Shown here piece by piece: positions 57,753 to 64,000 of a DNA stretch of 64,000 bases. Under the pieces are notes generated by a model. It was not told the origin of the DNA, searched no databases, and saw only the letters and a list, made by a program, of their open reading frames with translations. How positions within the stretch are numbered: the first letter of the stretch is position 1; each line of letters starts with the position of its first letter. The position numbers were made by a program, and so were the translations under genes. Source of the DNA: Veleropilina oligotropha (lineage: Eukaryota); assembly GCA_048128005.1 (NCBI GenBank), contig JBEUKZ010000092.1, forward strand, positions 124,001-188,000. The letters run 5' to 3'.

Positions 57753-58230
57753 TTATGCTTGAGTTGCTGGCGTGGAAGTAACGATCGAAAGGTTTAGTCG
57801 TAGGTACTTCATAAGGTCTGAGTCACTAGTAATTACTCGGATGCCTGCTCCCAGATTCTGAGTTTCCTCGATAAAGACACGCCCATCAGAAGTCCAAGTA
57901 TTCTGAATTTGCCCAGGACGTTCCTTTTTTAATTCTCTTGCTCGTTTCGCCAAAGCTGCCCTGGTAGCAGTTAAGTCCTCATTGATGAAGACTTTATTTC
58001 CTCGATGTCGTAGTATTGATCGCTTTTTAAATATGGATTGGCGTGCGCGGTAACTCATAAATTTAACAATCAGAGGTCGAGGGCTCCCGGATTGATTTAG
58101 TCGGCCTATGCGATGACTGCGGTTTATTGATTCGATCGGTAAATCTACATCAAGTTTAGTTTTTGCAAAGTCTGATATCATTTATCCGTGTTTTTACCTT
58201 GATTTTCTGCAATTCCGTATATACGGAAGC
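57753..58230 (-). pseudogene. LINE ORF1p (transposase_22/RRM-CTD-like), truncated by the GC-rich insertion
   Basis: FRIYGIAE..INRSHRIG..PRPLIVKF..VFINEDLT..TWTSDGRVFI. Confidence 0.8.
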
Positions 58231-58406
58231 AGCAGCAGGGGGGGTGAGTGTACTTTTTAGAATGGAAAAATAAGGCTCCCAGCACCTGTTCAGAATAAGG
58301 GGGGGGACTAGGGGGTTTTAGACTAAGTTAGGGGGGGCGCCCGGGGCGACCGGGGAGGCTCCCAGCCCTATTTCAGAACTGAGGGTAGCTTAGAATAGTG
58401 GAGAAC

Positions 58407-58583
58407 TCATTTGTTACTGCCTGCTGTCTTTTTCTTGATGATCGACTGTTCACCATCGTCGTGTTCGATAACGAGGACGTCGTAGCCGGTGTTCAAGAGG
58501 GTCCTGATGCGTCGGGAACTTTTCGCGCCGCGCAACCTGGGGATGTCTCTCATAATGACCGTTTCAAAATACGCCACATCCAT
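58407..58583 (-). CDS. Small hypothetical protein, 58 aa (below the ORF-track cutoff)
   Basis: ATG..TGA: MDVAYFETVIMRDIPRLRGAKSSRRIRTLLNTGYDVLVIEHDDGEQSIIKKKTAGSNK; divergent from the ORF at 58720. Confidence 0.5.
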   Translation of the reverse strand: MDVAYFETVIMRDIPRLRGAKSSRRIRTLLNTGYDVLVIEHDDGEQSIIKKKTAGSNK

Positions 58584-58719
58584 CTAACACGGCCAGCTAT
58601 TTAGCGCCGATATAGTAGTATGTAGTAAGAGCCCTTAGGGACGGCCCACTACCCTCGCCGGCCCGGGCTCTCTTTTAGACATACCCATTGCAACGGGTAT
58701 ACCCACTGCAAAGGATACG

Positions 58720-58995
58720 ATGAAGGGCACAGACACCTGTCAATGGCTTACCATCAGCTCCACGGAGCTATGCGGTAAGAGTTGTCTGAGAGACTTTTGC
58801 AAAGTCCACCTGGCTCGGCAACGGCGAAATGGCCGGGGCACAAAGCCCTGCATCAAATGCGGCAAAGGCGTCTTCAACCGGCTTACGTTGTGTCAGGGTT
58901 GTGGTTATCACAATGAGAACGTTAAGGACTGGGGGCGAAAGAAAAGAGCCTTCGAGAGAGAGTTTCGGCGCATGGCTGCAATATACCTCACCTAA
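58720..58995 (+). CDS. Small Cys/His-rich putative zinc-binding protein, 91 aa
   Basis: C-x10-C-x3-C-x4-C-x2-H, then CxxC-x10-CxxC, then a basic helix. Confidence 0.7.
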   Translation: MKGTDTCQWLTISSTELCGKSCLRDFCKVHLARQRRNGRGTKPCIKCGKGVFNRLTLCQGCGYHNENVKDWGRKKRAFEREFRRMAAIYLT

Positions 58996-59042
58996 AGTTC
59001 CTATTAGAGAGACGCTGCCATGACGTATACCCACCCAGCAAA

Positions 59043-62000
59043 ATGGCTGAACTGCGTAATTTAGCGAAAGATTACGGGATTCCCGCTCGGTCGAAGCTCA
59101 AGAAAAACGACCTCATCAGGGCAATAGCCGGGGTCCGTGCTGCCGAGTTTCGGAGGAGACTCGAGCGGGCGATGAAAACGGGAAGGTTCCCCTCCATACG
59201 TGGAGATGTGGAGAACCCCCACAAAAGAGGCCGTCGTGCTCGCGAATTGCGGCAGCTTAAGGACGAGGTCGAGGTGGCCCTCAAGGTCCGTAAATACGAA
59301 ATCCAAGCTGAGAAAAAGCCCGGGATTCGACAGAAGCCACTTCGTAACATCACGGATCGAATCGTCAAGCCACACCTGCATGGTCTGACTCGGTCTCGGA
59401 AAGAGACCCTTGCCCGTGCTATTGCTCGGAAGGGGCCCCAGGATCTTCTGAGAGATCACTTAGCCTCGGATGAATATTATTCCCTCTCCAAAACGCCCCG
59501 GACAGCCCAGGACTACCAGAAGGATCTTCTAGGGCTGTTTACCACAACAGAGGGGCAACAATTCATCGACCTGGATGACCAGGCCCCTCCCCCAGTAAGG
59601 CTCCCAGCAGACGAGCCATGGGTGGAACTCTTGAACGACGCCAAAGACGAGTTTGAGGTCGATGGCGCCGCGGCGGCCTTCTCCACATGGAGGGTAGAAG
59701 TGGACATTAAGATCGCACACGGCATCGAAGCGAGGGCTGACCGGCTGGCCCTGGATGCCCGTATGACAGACGCGAGGGCGGCACAGCTCCCCACAGCCCT
59801 TCCAAAGGGCGAGTTTCTCCTGAGAATAAAGTTCTTGCGTGAGTGGGGTGAAGGCGACTGGGTGATCGAAGACAAGTTTGACCCGGTGAAGGCTGCGAGG
59901 AAGAAGGGACAGGGTGTCGTTGAGATCTATCAGGACACTAAGCCAGGTGCTATAACGGGGGTCGACAAATCCTACTACGAGAACGCCTACCCGGTCACTG
60001 CAGTCGTCTACGGCCTCTACCCTCTCAGAGAACCAAACCCCGCCAATCTGGTTCCAATGAAGAACGGCGATCTCAACTGCGTTGCCCAGAGAGTGGTTGA
60101 GCACTTCGAAGGTGCCCTGAGAGGACACGGACTAACTCCAACCAGGCGGCAGAAAATACAGGAGTGGGAGGCTCGAGTTCATGAAACCGGAGCTTCAGTC
60201 GACGATGTGGCCCAACTGGAGAGGATCCTCAAACGGGCGATTATCTTAAGAGACATTGCTGGCGAGAGCATCTACAACAGTGGGAAATACCAGTTTGGTG
60301 GGTCCACAGGCGGGGTGAGAGGTAAAGTAGAACTCATCTGTCACAACGGCCACGCCTGGCCCAAGGACCTTCATTTCCCGCAGTCCCGCGCGGTCCACCT
60401 GTATGAGGGCGATGTCTGGGAAGCTATTCGACAAGCCACACATAATGAGCCATTGGCTGTCTGGCTCCTTGGCGGTAAAGACCGACAGCTCAACGTGGAC
60501 CAGTTCGTGCTGCAAGACGGCCGCACTTACAGGACGAAAGAGACTCACACCGCTCTCCAGGAAGCCTGTAAGGCTCTGGGGAATGAGTCTCTTGCCGATC
60601 GAGCCTTTGGCGAGAACCATGCAGCTAGCACTATGGCCAAAGAGCACAACGGCTGGAAACCTACCCCAGCCAGCCTGCTCGATGACATCCAGAAGGCCTG
60701 CGTAGAGCATGGTCATGGTGGCCTTTGGAATTCCATGAACTATGATACGAGAGATGTCGTCTGCATCGACATGAAAGCCTGCTACCCTGCTAGCTTTCAG
60801 GGGAAGGGCGAGGCTAAGCCATATTTCGAAAGATTCGGACACCCAACCCACCGCATGACTCGGGTCGCAATTAACGGTCCTCTTCCCCAAGAAATCGGCA
60901 CTGGCTTTTCTGAGGTCGTGGAATGGGAGTTTGCACAAGACATCCATCCCACGATCCCCGCCTGGTTTGGCAAGCACTTTGCAGAAAATAGCTGGGCACC
61001 AACCCCGCTGCTCGCCTTCCTCCTAGAATCTGGACTGCTAAAAAGCCTCAAGATCCGAGAAGCCATCATCGCATTCAAAAAGCAGACCGAGGTCTGGATT
61101 CCTGAGAATCGTGACCAGGGCTGCAGCATCATCGGCAAACTTACTCAGGGCAGCAAAGCTGACGGCAAAAGATTGACACGAAGGCTTGTGATTGACCAGG
61201 GAGAGCTCGACTTCCTGGTAAGAGACACCCGCCAAAGCGGTACCCTGGTCGGCGCACCTCAAAGGTGCCCTATGGGGCACATCCTCACGTACTATGATGG
61301 CTCGCAGCCACAGTACACCCACCTGAGGGCGTCGATGCTGGCCTATGCCCACATAAACCTCCTCTCAATGCTTCAGCGTTTCACCCCTGAGGAGGCTGTC
61401 CGAGTGGCCACTGACAGCATCTACCTCAAGAAGGCCTCGTTGGAGAAGCTCGACGATGTCAAGGCGTACGTTTCCCCCCAACTCTGCGACTGTGGCGAGA
61501 AATCGTGCATCTCCTGTCTGATCGGGGAGACGTACCTTCCGCCAGTAGCACCGGCCCAGTGGCGTGACAAGGGCGAACAGCTGTATATGCCACAGGAACA
61601 TGCCGCATACCTGCCCAAGCCAGAGTATTGTTGTGCCGCCAATTCCAGCCAGCCAAGCACCGCGCCATGCTACAATGACACACTGACCCACCATCGCCTG
61701 AGTTACCTCAACGGTGGAGGGGGCTGTGGCAAGACTACGAGAGCGATCGAGCTATTTCGGGCAAGAAATCCCATCGTGTTCACGCCAACCCACCGCCTCG
61801 CTAAAGAAATGCGGACCAGGGGTGTCAAAGCCCAGACCTACCACAGCTTCTTCCGATGGAGCGGTCAGAACGACTGGACGCCCGATCGCATGGGTCAGAA
61901 GTTCATCCCCCGCGTCATTATCTGGGACGAGGTCTGTACTGTTCCCAGGCATATCCTCGAGATGTTCTTGGACTGGCTGGGCCACCACGAAGTTCAGGTT

Positions 62001-62996
62001 ATCTGCTGTGGGGACCAGGGCCAGCCACCACCGATTACGGGGGAGATGCCGCACGATTGGCTGCGAAAGACCGCGGACTACTACGAAGAAGTCGAAGTAG
62101 ACTACAGGGCGAAAGACGACCCTGCCCTTCAAGCCCTGAAAAGGCGTATCCGTCTCCAGCCCGACAAAGTCCAGTGCCAGGAAATGCGTAAGACTCTCCC
62201 CAGGTGCCTTGGATGGGACCGGTTTGTCAAAGCCTGGAAGCCTGGTGACCTAATCCTCACCAGCCGTCAGAAGGTCCGCGAACGGGCTCAAGAGCTGTTG
62301 CTCCAGAGGCACAAGGACAATTTCCCAGATTCCCAGGTGCCTATCCTGTATCACCCCAAGGACAGCAGAAAGCAGAATATTGCTGTGACCATCCCCGGCA
62401 CAGCGCGCAGCGAACAGCTAGTTCTCAACGACGTCTTTGAGGTCACCATTGAGGCCGCTGAGAGGGCTATCCTGACCCCGGATTGGCGCCTGGGCTATGC
62501 TCTCACCATCCATTCGAGCCAGGGTCTTACGATTTACGACCCACAGAAAGTCTGGATCATCGACGACTACCTTCAGTGGAGCAACATCGCCTACCTAGCC
62601 GTGTCCAGGGTGGAGTATCTGCATCAGCTCGAACGGGTAACCTGTCCTCCGGATGAGGGTTCTGAGGACAGCCCCCCCCACGCGCAAGCGCAGCAGAGCA
62701 AGCAGCAGCTCCGAAAAACCATCCAGAGGAAGCTCATGGCATACATGCGCCAGGACCAGGCAAAGGGACTCCAGGGATTTAACCTCAAGGTCGAGGACAT
62801 CCTGCAGCTCAAAGAAGCCCAAAACAGCCAATGCGCAGCATGCAACATAGAGCTGCTCTGGGCCTACCAGCCCAAAGACACACAGCAGTTCAGTGTCGAC
62901 CGTGTGGACAACAGCAGGGGCCACATCCGCGACAACGTGCGCTTAACGTGCCTTGAATGTAACCGAAAAAGAGGGGCTGCTGCTGCTAACGCCTGA
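59043..62996 (+). CDS. Multidomain replication protein: HeH/Rho-N-like, OTU-like, family B DNA polymerase core, SF1 (RecD/Pif1-like) helicase, HNH nuclease
   Basis: AELRNLAKDYGI..SKLKKNDLI; GDLNC...HNGH; PolB motifs A IDMKACYP (about 60768), B IIGK, C VATDSIY (about 61413); Walker A GGGGCGKT, Walker B IWDE, GDQGQPPP, YRAKD, YALTIHSSQGLT, YLAVSR; CAAC...SVDRVDNSRGHIRDNVRLTCLECN. Confidence 0.9.
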   Translation: MAELRNLAKDYGIPARSKLKKNDLIRAIAGVRAAEFRRRLERAMKTGRFPSIRGDVENPHKRGRRARELRQLKDEVEVALKVRKYEIQAEKKPGIRQKPLRNITDRIVKPHLHGLTRSRKETLARAIARKGPQDLLRDHLASDEYYSLSKTPRTAQDYQKDLLGLFTTTEGQQFIDLDDQAPPPVRLPADEPWVELLNDAKDEFEVDGAAAAFSTWRVEVDIKIAHGIEARADRLALDARMTDARAAQLPTALPKGEFLLRIKFLREWGEGDWVIEDKFDPVKAARKKGQGVVEIYQDTKPGAITGVDKSYYENAYPVTAVVYGLYPLREPNPANLVPMKNGDLNCVAQRVVEHFEGALRGHGLTPTRRQKIQEWEARVHETGASVDDVAQLERILKRAIILRDIAGESIYNSGKYQFGGSTGGVRGKVELICHNGHAWPKDLHFPQSRAVHLYEGDVWEAIRQATHNEPLAVWLLGGKDRQLNVDQFVLQDGRTYRTKETHTALQEACKALGNESLADRAFGENHAASTMAKEHNGWKPTPASLLDDIQKACVEHGHGGLWNSMNYDTRDVVCIDMKACYPASFQGKGEAKPYFERFGHPTHRMTRVAINGPLPQEIGTGFSEVVEWEFAQDIHPTIPAWFGKHFAENSWAPTPLLAFLLESGLLKSLKIREAIIAFKKQTEVWIPENRDQGCSIIGKLTQGSKADGKRLTRRLVIDQGELDFLVRDTRQSGTLVGAPQRCPMGHILTYYDGSQPQYTHLRASMLAYAHINLLSMLQRFTPEEAVRVATDSIYLKKASLEKLDDVKAYVSPQLCDCGEKSCISCLIGETYLPPVAPAQWRDKGEQLYMPQEHAAYLPKPEYCCAANSSQPSTAPCYNDTLTHHRLSYLNGGGGCGKTTRAIELFRARNPIVFTPTHRLAKEMRTRGVKAQTYHSFFRWSGQNDWTPDRMGQKFIPRVIIWDEVCTVPRHILEMFLDWLGHHEVQVICCGDQGQPPPITGEMPHDWLRKTADYYEEVEVDYRAKDDPALQALKRRIRLQPDKVQCQEMRKTLPRCLGWDRFVKAWKPGDLILTSRQKVRERAQELLLQRHKDNFPDSQVPILYHPKDSRKQNIAVTIPGTARSEQLVLNDVFEVTIEAAERAILTPDWRLGYALTIHSSQGLTIYDPQKVWIIDDYLQWSNIAYLAVSRVEYLHQLERVTCPPDEGSEDSPPHAQAQQSKQQLRKTIQRKLMAYMRQDQAKGLQGFNLKVEDILQLKEAQNSQCAACNIELLWAYQPKDTQQFSVDRVDNSRGHIRDNVRLTCLECNRKRGAAAANA

Positions 62997-63966
62997 GAAC
63001 CGGCGGCAGCTGGGTGTTATGGGGCACCACGAGCAGTTCCTCACGAACAAAGCCACGCGGTGGTCCATCAAGCAAGTAGTAGAGCACAGGCTCGTCAGGC
63101 TTAGTGACAGATCGTCCAAGCCTGTGAACCGTCAAAGACCACACCGGGTCAGTGGCACGGCGACGACCCCCCTCCAGCTCACCATCGTAGCAAAGGTAAC
63201 GAACACCAACGCCTGAGGGGAGTTTCAGACCAACAGGGCGTCTAGCAGGAACCGACGGCTTTTGCGCGACCATCTTGGCCTTTACGGCATCAGATGGTTT
63301 CGTCCCTGTCAACCTGGTTATTTCATCGTTCAATGCGGAAACTACAGCCGGTAACCGGGCTACCCACTCAGTTGACCGCTGCCTGGCCGCGGACCGCATC
63401 TCGACTGCATACTGGTGCCCAAAGAGCCGTTCCGATAGGGTACGGTTAAACCGTTCTACAATGCCCTGATCCCGATGGATGTTCACCCGACCACGCCTAA
63501 CTTCGACATTATTCTTTGCCAGTATTTGCGACACAGTCCCCATGAACTCTCGCCCTGGATCAACCTGAAGCAATTTCGGCCATTTCATCGGCCCACGACT
63601 GTAGATACGGGCTAGTGCGGCAGCCACCTCATTAGAGTCCTTCGAGGTCAATGGCTCAGCTTCTTTATAGCGACTGGCCACATCAACCACAGTCAAAGCA
63701 TACTTATAGGTCTTGCGTCTGACCTTGTCGTGGGGGAGAAACAGGAGGTCGGCTTGGTGAACCTCATTGGGCACAGAGACGTCAAACCGTGGTCGTGGGA
63801 TGCGGCGAGGGGTGGGAAGGTTGATCTGCCATATAGTCTGCCTCTTAAGCCATGTCCGGGCCTCCACTTCAGACGCCTTGGCAGCCTCAGCTAGTTTCTT
63901 GATGGCTGCAATGCCTTTCCAGTAGCCCTTAGGGCTGTAGTATATCCTCGCAAGCTTACTATCCAT
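62986..63966 (-). CDS. Polinton/Maverick-type retroviral-like (rve) DDE integrase
   Basis: IYYSPKGY N-terminus; HQADL, YALTVVDVASRY, LQVDPGREF, GIVERFNRTL (D-x34-E); C-terminal W..Y.L..G.GFVREEL. First ATG at 63966. Confidence 0.92.
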   Translation of the reverse strand: MDSKLARIYYSPKGYWKGIAAIKKLAEAAKASEVEARTWLKRQTIWQINLPTPRRIPRPRFDVSVPNEVHQADLLFLPHDKVRRKTYKYALTVVDVASRYKEAEPLTSKDSNEVAAALARIYSRGPMKWPKLLQVDPGREFMGTVSQILAKNNVEVRRGRVNIHRDQGIVERFNRTLSERLFGHQYAVEMRSAARQRSTEWVARLPAVVSALNDEITRLTGTKPSDAVKAKMVAQKPSVPARRPVGLKLPSGVGVRYLCYDGELEGGRRRATDPVWSLTVHRLGRSVTKPDEPVLYYLLDGPPRGFVREELLVVPHNTQLPPVLRR

Positions 63967-64000
63967 CAGCAATGTATTCCAGCAGCGTGATCAGTCTCCA

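Larger units (their letters stand above)
54880..58230 (-). mobile_element. Internally deleted LINE: ORF1, spacer, 2A-like motif + APE start, joined to its 3' end
   Basis: ORF1 at 58230-57753; LLMLCGDVHPNPGP at 56300-56259; APE (CETWL, RHGGGVAIY, CIYRPPN, SDHCP) at 56230-55640; 3' end ILYG..IKSSKRF at 55560-55206. The RT is deleted. Confidence 0.8.
58235..64000. mobile_element. Polinton/Maverick-related (Tlr/transpoviron-like) integrated DNA element; left part only
   Basis: Abrupt switch to GC-rich, intronless, tightly packed intact ORFs; Polinton-type DDE integrase plus a PolB-SF1 helicase-HNH gene; interrupts a LINE ORF1. Confidence 0.85.

Noticed and set aside
59043..62996. Helitron RepHel interpretation of the large helicase ORF
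   Set aside because: No HUH/Y2 Rep motifs; PolB-like motifs and a linked DDE integrase are present instead.
59061..63469. Many antisense and alternative-frame ORFs inside the replicase and integrase genes
   Set aside because: Shadow ORFs expected in GC-rich coding DNA; no motifs.

Overview
AT-rich, intron-containing eukaryotic DNA, probably from an invertebrate animal. Host genes are all on the minus strand. (i) An intact 18-exon M28B glutamate carboxypeptidase II/NAALADase-like gene (34356..15141, about 785 aa, all zinc ligands present). (ii) A tandem paralogue (7592 to the window start) that looks pseudogenised. (iii) The last two exons of a divergent ionotropic glutamate receptor/IR-like gene (39459..38889). 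The rest is a dense TE landscape: tRNA-derived SINEs, an internally deleted hAT, several MITEs, HINE/DINE-like repeats, a Penelope fragment with hammerhead-like motifs, I/Nimb and CR1/L2-group LINEs nested into each other, and several unrelated long-hairpin elements that share CGAG/CGAG mismatch motifs. The highlight is a compact, intronless, GC-rich Polinton/Tlr/transpoviron-like element. It starts near 58235, inserted into a LINE ORF1, and runs off the window end. It encodes a Polinton-type DDE integrase and a 1317-aa multidomain protein: HeH/Rho-N-like, OTU-like Cys/His, family B polymerase with both catalytic aspartates, SF1 RecD/Pif1-like helicase, and C-terminal HNH nuclease. All calls come from manual reading and motif recognition; no searches were run.
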